The position numbers and the translations under genes are program-made. The notes beneath the pieces are model-generated. The model worked only from the letters and a program-made list of their open reading frames with translations. It did not search any database and was not told where the DNA came from. Below, one piece after another: positions 27,706 through 35,956 of a stretch of 64,000 bases of DNA. Position 1 is the first letter of the stretch; every line of letters begins with the position of its first letter. Source of the DNA: a virus (lineage: Duplodnaviria > Heunggongvirae > Uroviricota > Caudoviricetes); IMG/VR virus record IMGVR_UViG_3300031853_000005, positions 53,469 through 117,468 of that record; one strand, given 5' to 3'.

Positions 27706-28371
27706 CTAAGCTACAAAATTTGGATCTGCAAAAATATCAATGCATTTTTGCTTGTTGCGATTTGCGTTTTTAACAACTGAATGTGGATGAAAGATTTTGA
27801 AATGATCTTCCAGGCGAATATCATAACTCATCCGCTGCATTTCAGTCCAGCGATATTCTGATGCGATCTGCGAAAGACCGAACCAGTCACGGATATCTGC
27901 CGGTCTCTTAACTCTCATCCTGATCATTGCTGGAATCGGTGCAAGAAGAGAGGCGGCGAAGTAGTCAGCTTCTTCTTCCATATCCTTGTAATGTGATGGT
28001 GTTAATATCGCTTCGCCTGATTCAAGCAGTTCGATGAAATGTCCTGATGCGATATGCCCCAGCTCATGGGCTGTTGTCCAGCGGATTCTCTGCTTGCTGG
28101 CGTTGTATTTATCGGATGAATTAATCGCAATCAGATATCTGCCGGTTGATGGTTCATAGTTTGTGCATCCGTCCAGGCTGTTGCAGGCTTGAACAACTTC
28201 CTGATAAGTTACGCTGTTGATCTCAGCAAGTTTTTCGTATGTGATATGTCTGCACCTGGCGATCTTTCTTTCGATGGCGATTGGCTCAATAGGGAATGAA
28301 GCAAAGCGAAGAAAACCATCGTAAAGATCAAACACAATATCATCGATTCTTTGTTTGACTTGTTCTCTCAT
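27706..28371 (-). CDS. ImmA/IrrE-family zinc metalloprotease (anti-repressor protease)
   Basis: HELGHIASGH HExxH motif; coupled to upstream XRE gene by 4-nt overlap. Confidence 0.7.
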   Translation of the reverse strand: MREQVKQRIDDIVFDLYDGFLRFASFPIEPIAIERKIARCRHITYEKLAEINSVTYQEVVQACNSLDGCTNYEPSTGRYLIAINSSDKYNASKQRIRWTTAHELGHIASGHFIELLESGEAILTPSHYKDMEEEADYFAASLLAPIPAMIRMRVKRPADIRDWFGLSQIASEYRWTEMQRMSYDIRLEDHFKIFHPHSVVKNANRNKQKCIDIFADPNFVA

Positions 28372-28724
28372 TTCTCTTTGAATGCGTATTCGAAACCAGC
28401 GCGAAGAATGTTGTTCGCTTTTGTGCGGTCTTCTGGTTTGAGATTTTGAATGGCACGTTGCAGACTGATAAGATCAGAGTCAACCAATGATTCTGGATTC
28501 TCCTTCAGATCGGTTCTTCCGCAGAGATAGTCAACCGACACATGAAAGTATTGTGCAACTGCATTGATGCGATCTGTACCAGGCGTACTTTTCGGCCAGC
28601 GATAGGACGATCCGGCAGAGAAGCCAAGATCACGCTCCATCCTGGCAAGCGATATTCCTCGCTCTGCGCAAAGATCTTTGACACGGCTGAGAAGAACAGC
28701 GTTGTTCATGGATTCTTTTGCCAT
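28368..28724 (-). CDS. XRE-family helix-turn-helix transcriptional repressor
   Basis: LSRVKDLCAERGISLARMERDLGFSAGSSYRWP HTH pattern. Confidence 0.7.
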   Translation of the reverse strand: MAKESMNNAVLLSRVKDLCAERGISLARMERDLGFSAGSSYRWPKSTPGTDRINAVAQYFHVSVDYLCGRTDLKENPESLVDSDLISLQRAIQNLKPEDRTKANNILRAGFEYAFKEK

Positions 28725-28880
28725 AAAGCATACCTCCTGTTTAAAATTATGAAAAATATTTCATAACTGGTATTGACATATGAAAAATTTTGTAGTATAC
28801 TGCGCAATGTTCCAAGGTTGAAGCGATGCGAATCATAGTCAACCATTTTCATTGACATTGTATATGAAAATTTTCCTGAT
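28725..28880. promoter_or_regulatory. divergent switch region: promoters plus three reiterated operator-like sites TATGAAAA(A)TTTT
   Basis: ttatgaaaaatatttcataa (palindrome), atatgaaaaattttgtag, tatatgaaaattttcctg; two TTGACAT boxes. Confidence 0.55.
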
Positions 28881-29919
28881 GTCAACAGAAAAACAAGAAA
28901 ATTTGCATGAAGTGAGGGTGATTTTGTTGAATTTGGAGAAGTTTAATAGCATCAATGAGCTGAGAAGTTCGATTGAAGTAAGAAAGAAGTTCGTTGAAGA
29001 GTTTGAGATTCCGATTGATGTTTTCGAAGATCCTTATTTCAGCCAGAGATTGATCACTCTTAATCAGCTATACAATTGTCGCAAACTGTGGGATATGTTC
29101 ATTCAAGAAGTTTCAAGCTTTGAGTCATTTGATGATTACATCAGGTTCTATGAGTTTGAAGCTGCCGCCTGGAGGAATTATTTCAAGGATGCTGAATCAT
29201 ATATCACAAATGATCTGATTCAAAACAGCATAAAAAACGATATGATCTATCTTCCAGATGATGAGAACGTTCTTACTTGGCAAGATCATGGAAAGATGTT
29301 TATCAAATTCAGTTTCAAAGATAACGGATATGCAATGATGCATAAGATGCTACCAGAAAAGTTTACCTGCGAAACCTGGGCTGATATGTTGGATGATGGT
29401 CATCATCCTGAACATCTGAAGTACAGCAAAGAGTTCATGAAGAGAGCGTTTTTCGGATTCAGATTTCGCGGAATCCAGTTGCGATACATAATCTTCGGAA
29501 TGATCAGAGAAGGGATGAACAGGCTGACCGCTTCAAGATTCAGATACCAGACGATAGATGAACTTGTGTTTCAGATTACTGGTATTGTTGAACGCAGCGA
29601 CATCAATAGAATTCTGGATGACATTCCGAATCAGTTCGGTGAAACAGTCGATGTGGATATCATACAGGTTCAGGCTATCGGACACAAAGCGGAATATGGA
29701 TTCTTGGCTGAATCGATGCTGTCAGGAAATGTTAAGGTTATCGGATGTGATAACAAGTTCATCAATCAGGTCATGCTTTATATGAAGCGAGATTTGTTCT
29801 CTGCGGATGATCTGATCTTCAATTCGGATGGACACCTGGCGAAATTCTTAAACCCAATTGAGAATCCTTTTACATATATAAATCGCCCAGCAAAATTTAA
29901 TATTCCAGGGCTTTATTAA
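28864..29919 (+). CDS. hypothetical protein (~350 aa), start uncertain
   Basis: ORF 28852..29919; first codon of track lies inside -35 box so a later start is assumed. Confidence 0.5.
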   Translation: MKIFLMSTEKQENLHEVRVILLNLEKFNSINELRSSIEVRKKFVEEFEIPIDVFEDPYFSQRLITLNQLYNCRKLWDMFIQEVSSFESFDDYIRFYEFEAAAWRNYFKDAESYITNDLIQNSIKNDMIYLPDDENVLTWQDHGKMFIKFSFKDNGYAMMHKMLPEKFTCETWADMLDDGHHPEHLKYSKEFMKRAFFGFRFRGIQLRYIIFGMIREGMNRLTASRFRYQTIDELVFQITGIVERSDINRILDDIPNQFGETVDVDIIQVQAIGHKAEYGFLAESMLSGNVKVIGCDNKFINQVMLYMKRDLFSADDLIFNSDGHLAKFLNPIENPFTYINRPAKFNIPGLY

Positions 29920-29973
29920 GCCCTGTTTATATAAATCAATATACAATGGTCAATGACCAAAAGGAGAAGAGGA

Positions 29974-30099
29974 AATGGCAAACAGAGCGAAAGGCTGGAA
30001 TCTGAAGAACACATATGTTCAGAAGATGGAGAACAAGCAGAAGAAGCGTGACCGCAAGGAACGTATCAAAGAGTATGAAAAGATGAAGAAACGCGCATG
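29974..30099 (+). CDS. small basic protein (41 aa)
   Basis: GGAGAAGAGG RBS + ATG; K/R-rich. Confidence 0.3.
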
Positions 30100-30140
30100 A
30101 GATTGATACATATGGCAACAATAGAAGGTGGTGATGATAG

Positions 30141-32059
30141 GTGAAACATTATGGTGATATCACTAAACTGAAAGGCAGTGAACTTCCAGTTGTAGATTGT
30201 ATTACTGGTGGTTCACCTTGTTAGTCAGGATCTTTCTGTAGCTGGGAATCGCGCTGGTCTTGCTGGTGAACGATCTGGCTTGTTCATGGAACAGATTCGA
30301 ATTGTTAGGGAGATGAGAGAACATGATAGAGAACAAGGAAGAACTGGATCTGATGTCAGACCGCGATTCATGGTCTGGGAGAACGTCAAAGGCTGCTTCA
30401 ACAGCAACAAAGGAAAAGACTTCCAGGCAGTCCTCACGGAAATCTTCCGTATCGCAGTCCCGGATGCCCCTGATGTGCCTATGCCTGATTCGGGAAAATG
30501 GCCCTACTCCGGACTCCTACTCGATGAGGTGGGGGGGGGTATCAGTTGCCTGGAGGCTACACGACGCTCAATACTGGGGTGTACCCCAGCGTCGTGAGAG
30601 AGTCGCGATTGTCGCAGATTTTGGAGGATTGTCCGCAGGAGAAATACTATTTGAGTCCGAAAGCCTGCAAGGGAATCCTAACGAGAGCGGAGAGGCGCGG
30701 CAAGGAACTTCCACCGGAGCTGAAAGCAGCACTGATTGCGCAGTCAGCGTAAACGAAGACCGTGTTATTTCAAGTACAGTGGGGGGGTATATGCAAGCTT
30801 CCGAGAACCAGGTTGCAACTCTGATGGCAAGGGATTTCAAAGATCCCCAGATCATCATGAGAGCCTGATTGAAGATGCGGATAAGAATGGGTCGCAAGAG
30901 AAAACATTCTGTCTGGAAGGTAATGGTCAGAGACCATCACACCGAGGCGATGGATACATAGAATCAGACATCATGTACACGTTGAATAGTATTGAGCAAC
31001 ACGCGGTTTATGCTTTTGATTCTCTTTCCAGTAACAGCATGAAGTCCAAGAATCCACATAGCGGATGCAGAAAAGTTGAAGTGTCGAAAACACTTGATTG
31101 TTTTGATCCGAATCCATCAAAGAACCAGGGCGGTATTGCGGTTGTTGAAAGATGCGCCGGGTTCAAAGCTGGACAAAGCATGGCTGGAAGTCTTGGATAC
31201 GAAGATGAAATAAGTCCTACGCTTTCTGCAATGCCAAGTGGATTAGAGCCAACGGTGGTCATTTATGGAAATGAATAGGTTAATCTACGATGCCAGGGGG
31301 AATGGTGGGGGTATGATTAGCCCTACGATTACTGGTGATCATCAGGATAGGATCACAGATTATACTGCAATCATTGTAGAGTGTTATGCCAAACCTGGAT
31401 TTGATCGTTATGTGAAACAGGATATTTCAGATACGATCAGAGCATCCGGTGGAGATGTAGGGGGGGGCAGCGAAATGCTGATCGTTACACATGAGAGTGT
31501 ATGACGGTTGTCGGAGACACAATTACGAGTGTCTGGGTGAAGTATGTTGCACCGTACAGGCGTTCTGGGGTACAGGTGGGGGCAACATGCCGATAGTTCT
31601 GGAAGAAAAATCCATAATAAAAGCATCGTTTGATGATGATATTAACGATAAGAATTTGTGTGTGAATGGAAAGAAGGTGGTCGAATGAATGGTGTTTTGT
31701 CTGTAAGAAGACTTACACCTCTTTGACTTGAGTGCGAAAGACTTCAGGGAATGCCTGACGGTTGGACGGACATTGGTGATTGGGTAGACGAAAAAGGCAA
31801 GAAGCACAAAGCAGCGGACAGCCCACGTTATAAAGCCCTCGGAAACGGAATCGCATTGCCTTTTTGGGAATGGCTTCTCGGAAGAATTTCTGCTCAGTAT
31901 GACAGACCGGCTACACTTGGCAGCTTGTTTGATGGTATCGCAAGTTTTCCCCTGGCATGGTCAAAGTTCAACGGCAAAGAGAATTGTCTGTGGAGTTCTG
32001 AAATCGAACAGTTTCCGATTGCTGTAGCAAAGAAACATTTTCCAGATACGGAGGAATAA
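30141..32059 (+). pseudogene. C5-cytosine DNA methyltransferase, circularly permuted (IV-VI-VIII-TRD-IX-X then I) and disrupted by frameshifts and in-frame stops
   Basis: Across three frames: GDITKL..ITGGSPC (motif IV), QDLSVAGNRAGLAGERSGLF, MVWENVKG (VI), GVPQRRERVAIVADFGG (VIII), EKYYLSPK, ATLMARDFKDPQII, ISPTLSA, RRLTPL*LECERLQGMPDGWT, RYKALGNGIALPF (X), then LFDGIASFPLAW..ENCLWSSEIEQFPIAVAKKHFPD (motif I region) immediately before the stop. Confidence 0.75.
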
Positions 32060-32061
32060 CA

Positions 32062-32283
32062 ATGTTATGCAGTCGTTGCGGAGAAGAAATGCATCACTTT
32101 ATCGGAGCAGATGGAAAACGGTTAACTGAATTTCTGCGTTGTCCGAAGTGCTGGCTTGAAACAAAGCGGATGCGCTTTCATTTTGAGCCAGAAAGTACAA
32201 TAGAAAATAACCATAAAAAGGATGTGAAGAAAGTTGCTGGTAAACGGCGAAAGAGCACTGGCGTATGTCGTAAGCATCGATGA
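32062..32283 (+). CDS. zinc-ribbon protein (73 aa)
   Basis: CSRCG..(n)..CPKC. Confidence 0.45.
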   Translation: MLCSRCGEEMHHFIGADGKRLTEFLRCPKCWLETKRMRFHFEPESTIENNHKKDVKKVAGKRRKSTGVCRKHR

Positions 32284-33415
32284 GATCCAGCCGCTTGAAG
32301 GCTATGATCGCGTTGAATATGCGAGAACCAATGGCTGGTGGTGTATCATCGGCAAGGCTGATGGTATGAAGGTTGGGGATAAAGCAGTCTACTTTGAAGT
32401 GGACAGCAAAGTTCCTTCAACAGATAAGAGATTTGAGTTCCTTGAAAAGCGAAACTACAAGATCAAGACTCAGAAGATGTGCAAGGTATACAGCCAGGGA
32501 CTTCTGATGCCGCTGTCTGTATTTCCTGAACTTGGTGATGCGAAAGTGGGAACTGACGTAACCAAGAAGCTCAACATTACATACGCAGATCCAGAAGACA
32601 ATCAGCGCAAGGGCGGCGGTGATCCGAACGCTAAGTATAAATCAATGGCTGCGAGACATCAGAAGCTTTTCAAGTCAAAGCCTATTCGTTGGATGATGCG
32701 TCGCAAATGGGGCAAGAAACTGATGTTCTTGTTTTTCGGCAGAAAGAAAGATAAGCCGAAAGGATTTCCGTCTTTCGTTACGAAGACTGACGAAGAGCGT
32801 GTAGAGAACCAGCCGTGGAGAGTCGGAGACGGCAAGACCTATCTGGCAACCGAGAAGCTTGACGGTACGTCATGCACTTATGCTCTGAGGAGAATTCCTA
32901 AGAAGGCATTTCATAAAGCTGACTATGAGTTCTATGTTTGTTCCCGTAATGTCCGGCAGAAGGACGAAGACCAGAAGTGCTATCATGATCACAATATCTA
33001 CTGGGATCTCGCGTTCAAGTATGATATTGAAAAGCATCTGCGAGAGTTCCTGATCTGGCATCAGTCGTATGACTGGGTATGCATTCAGGGCGAGGGAGTC
33101 GGTTCTGTTCAGGGTAATCCTCTAAAGCTGAAAGAAGATGATCTGTACGTCTTCAACTTCATCGATTCGGTCAACGGGAGGTATCCTTCCGATCTTGGAA
33201 AGAAGACGATTGAAGAGTGGGGAATGAAGTGGGTTCCGATCCTCGGCGAAGTCACGCTGCCGGATACGATGGAAGCTCTGAAGGAAACCGCTGATGGCAA
33301 GTCTGTAGTGAATCCTGCGGTTGACAGAGAGGGTATCGTCTACAGATCCCTTGATGGTAAAGACTCATTCAAGAATGTTTCAAGAAAGTATCTTCTGAAA
33401 CATCAGAACGCTTAA
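32234..33415 (+). CDS. ATP-dependent RNA ligase (nucleotidyltransferase motifs I, IV, V)
   Basis: KLDGTS (motif I lysine), DREGIVYRS (EGxV), FKNVSRKYLLK; TTG start in track. Confidence 0.65.
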   Translation: MLVNGERALAYVVSIDEIQPLEGYDRVEYARTNGWWCIIGKADGMKVGDKAVYFEVDSKVPSTDKRFEFLEKRNYKIKTQKMCKVYSQGLLMPLSVFPELGDAKVGTDVTKKLNITYADPEDNQRKGGGDPNAKYKSMAARHQKLFKSKPIRWMMRRKWGKKLMFLFFGRKKDKPKGFPSFVTKTDEERVENQPWRVGDGKTYLATEKLDGTSCTYALRRIPKKAFHKADYEFYVCSRNVRQKDEDQKCYHDHNIYWDLAFKYDIEKHLREFLIWHQSYDWVCIQGEGVGSVQGNPLKLKEDDLYVFNFIDSVNGRYPSDLGKKTIEEWGMKWVPILGEVTLPDTMEALKETADGKSVVNPAVDREGIVYRSLDGKDSFKNVSRKYLLKHQNA

Positions 33416-33433
33416 GTTTTGTTTACATAATAT

Positions 33434-34441
33434 ATGAAACCTAAATTTTACATGCTGGTCGGTCTTCCTGGAAGTGGTAAGTCTCAGATTGCGGAAGAAT
33501 ATCGGCAACATTATGTTTGCGTACACTCTTCTGATGCGATCCGTAAGGAGCTTTACGGTGACGAGACTGATCAGAAACATAACGCAGAAGTCTTTGCTGA
33601 ACTTCACAAGAGAATCAAGAGATGTCTTAGCGACGGCTTTGATACCATGTACGATGCCTGCAATATCAGCAAGAAGCGCAGAGCGGCGTTTCTGAAAGAG
33701 CTGAAGAACATTGACTGCGAGAAGATCTGCCTCTGTGTGATGACTCCGTATGAGATCTGCTTGGAACGCAACAAGGCAAGAGATAGATCCATTCCGGAAC
33801 ACGCAATCAAGAAAATGTATCTCAATTGGTGTCCGCCTGATGTTGCTGAAGGATTCGATAGCGTGAAACTTCTGTTCCCGTTTGAGATTGAGAAGTCGTT
33901 TGAGAAATATGATCTCGATAATCTCTTCCGCAAAGGAACGGAGTTCATGAAGTTTGACCAGAAGAACAGGCATCATTCTCTGACGGTTGGCGAACACTGC
34001 TGGGCTGCTGCAAATTTTGTGTCCGATCTGATAAATAAGTATCATGACGTGTCGATAATAAAATTTAGAGAAGATGTTTTGGATAATCTGTGTCTTGTCG
34101 AGGATGCCGCTTGGCTTCATGATATAGGCAAACCGTTCACTGCTTCTTACTACAATGGGCGCGGTGAAAAGACGGACGAATTACACTATTATCAGCATCA
34201 TTGTGTTGGCGCGTATGACAGTATCTTCTATCTTAGAAACAATACTCCTGCGCGTGATCTGGATGATGAGTATGAAAAGTCGAGATGGCTTGCAATTTCC
34301 AACCTGATTTACTGGCACATGCATCCATTTACTGCCTGGAAGCAATCTTATAAAGCGATGAACCGTGACAGAAAGCTGATGTCGGAACGGACATTCAGGA
34401 ACGTTCTGCTTCTTTATGAAGCTGATAGGTCTTCGCACTGA
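33434..34441 (+). CDS. polynucleotide kinase (P-loop) fused to HD phosphohydrolase domain (Pnkp-like RNA/DNA end-healing enzyme)
   Basis: LVGLPGSGKS Walker A; C-terminal H..HD signature HSLTVGEHCW...LHDIGKP. Confidence 0.7.
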   Translation: MKPKFYMLVGLPGSGKSQIAEEYRQHYVCVHSSDAIRKELYGDETDQKHNAEVFAELHKRIKRCLSDGFDTMYDACNISKKRRAAFLKELKNIDCEKICLCVMTPYEICLERNKARDRSIPEHAIKKMYLNWCPPDVAEGFDSVKLLFPFEIEKSFEKYDLDNLFRKGTEFMKFDQKNRHHSLTVGEHCWAAANFVSDLINKYHDVSIIKFREDVLDNLCLVEDAAWLHDIGKPFTASYYNGRGEKTDELHYYQHHCVGAYDSIFYLRNNTPARDLDDEYEKSRWLAISNLIYWHMHPFTAWKQSYKAMNRDRKLMSERTFRNVLLLYEADRSSH

Positions 34442-34455
34442 GAGGAAGATAATAA

Positions 34456-34563
34456 TATGAATATTGTTTTCTGGTTTTTGGTTCTGCTGGTTCTCGCTGG
34501 CGTATGGTTTGCGGCAGTTCCGTTATTTAAGTATATCGGCATCTTCTTCAAGACAATTGTTGA
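34456..34563 (+). CDS. 35-aa hydrophobic single-TM peptide upstream of SPFH gene
   Basis: MNIVFWFLVLLVLAGVWFAAVPLFKYIGIFFKTIV, TGA stop at 34561. Confidence 0.3.
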
Positions 34564-34623
34564 TGATGCGCGAGATGAAATAAAAGAACCTGATGAAGAT
34601 CAGGATAGAGTTGAAGGAGAATA

Positions 34624-35532
34624 ATGATGGCAAGATTTGGTGCTGTTATCCTAGCGTTGATCCTTATTATTGCGATGTTTTGCGCGGTGATTTGCCTTGA
34701 GAAGATTCCCGCTGGTTATGTCGGTGTTGTTTACAACATGAACGGCGGTGTCGATGGAGAGATTCTGACTCAGGGCTGGCATGTTGTATCGCCTACAAAG
34801 AAGGTAACAACTTATAGTATTGGAATTGAACAGAGCTACCTGAGTTCTGAGAACAAAGGAGACTCCAAAGAAGATGAAAGCTTTTCGATTCCTACCAGCG
34901 ACGGCAAGACCGTCCGTGTAAACCTTGAGTTTAGTTACAGATTTGATGAAGCGCGAGTAGCGGACACGTTCATTCGCTTCAAAGGCAAGTCCGGCGAGTC
35001 AATTAAGGACACATTCATTAAGCCTAAGATTGTTGCCTGGACGCAGGAAGTCAGTGCAAATTATCCGGTTACAGACATCTTTGGTGACAAGCGCACACAG
35101 ATTAATGCAGAGCTTGACGATTATCTGAAGTCTAAGTTTGATAAGTATGGAATCATCATTGATACGGTGAACTTTACTGATATCAGCGTTGACGATGAAA
35201 CCGCAGCCGCGATCCAGAAAAAAGTTACTGCCCAGCAGGAGCTTGAGCTTGCCCAGGTAGAAGCGCAGACAGCAAAGGTTCAGGCTGAGAAGGATAAACA
35301 GGTTGCTCAGATTGCCGCAGAAACAAAGATTATCGATGCGAATGCCCAGGCTGATGCAATCCGTATTGCTGCCGAAGCTGAAGCGGATGCAAACAAGGCG
35401 ATTTCGGAATCTCTAACAAAGGAACTGATTGATTACACCTATGCTCAGACATGGAATGGTGAGCTTCCAAAGATTACCGGTGGTTCAAACGCGATTGTCG
35501 ATGCGAGAGATCTGATTGATCAGACAGAATAA
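34624..35532 (+). CDS. SPFH/band-7 (stomatin/prohibitin/HflC-like) membrane protein with C-terminal coiled coil
   Basis: N-terminal TM, GYVGVVYNMNGG..ILTQGWHVVSP core, AQQELELAQVEAQTAKVQAEKDKQ coiled coil. Confidence 0.65.
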   Translation: MMARFGAVILALILIIAMFCAVICLEKIPAGYVGVVYNMNGGVDGEILTQGWHVVSPTKKVTTYSIGIEQSYLSSENKGDSKEDESFSIPTSDGKTVRVNLEFSYRFDEARVADTFIRFKGKSGESIKDTFIKPKIVAWTQEVSANYPVTDIFGDKRTQINAELDDYLKSKFDKYGIIIDTVNFTDISVDDETAAAIQKKVTAQQELELAQVEAQTAKVQAEKDKQVAQIAAETKIIDANAQADAIRIAAEAEADANKAISESLTKELIDYTYAQTWNGELPKITGGSNAIVDARDLIDQTE

Positions 35533-35547
35533 TCATAGGAATACTAA

Positions 35548-35724
35548 ATGTGGTATGAATTAGAGAAACATAAGCCGAAAGTCGGAGAAGCTGTGATTAT
35601 CTGGCAGGAAGGATGGCTGCGTGGTACTGGTGCATATTACAGAAGTGACGGCACGTTTGGCGTGAAGGATGTGAAATATAATCCTTCACACTGGACGCAC
35701 TTTCCAAAACCACCAAATACATAG
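35548..35724 (+). CDS. DUF551-like small protein (58 aa)
   Basis: Not in ORF track (<60 aa); C-terminal SHWTHFPKPP resembles DUF551 THWMPLPEPP ending. Confidence 0.4.
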   Translation: MWYELEKHKPKVGEAVIIWQEGWLRGTGAYYRSDGTFGVKDVKYNPSHWTHFPKPPNT

Positions 35725-35734
35725 AGGAATAGCA

Positions 35735-35953
35735 ATGGAAATCATTCAACTTGTTCGTGCGATCAGTACAGATATGGAATGCCCACAGTGCAAAAGAGGG
35801 AGGATGCGTCCTCTTGGTATCATCATGGGTCAACTGCCTCCCAATTACGCACATATCTGTACTGCATGTGGGTTTAAATGTGAGTATGACAAAGCCTATC
35901 CTACGCTTGTCCAGGTAGGAGAAGGGGAAGTCCTGAAAGTAGAAGAGGGGTAA
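35735..35953 (+). CDS. zinc-ribbon protein (72 aa)
   Basis: CPQC..(n)..CTACG. Confidence 0.45.
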   Translation: MEIIQLVRAISTDMECPQCKRGRMRPLGIIMGQLPPNYAHICTACGFKCEYDKAYPTLVQVGEGEVLKVEEG

Positions 35954-35956
35954 CGA

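Noticed and set aside
30213-31735. Alternative genetic code (TAG or TGA as sense) explaining the in-frame stops in the methyltransferase
   Set aside because: The motif-IV lesion is a 4-nt insertion that shifts frame even if TAG were read. All other long genes (1033-aa polymerase, 641-aa NrdD) are open in the standard code and use TAA, TAG and TGA as terminators.
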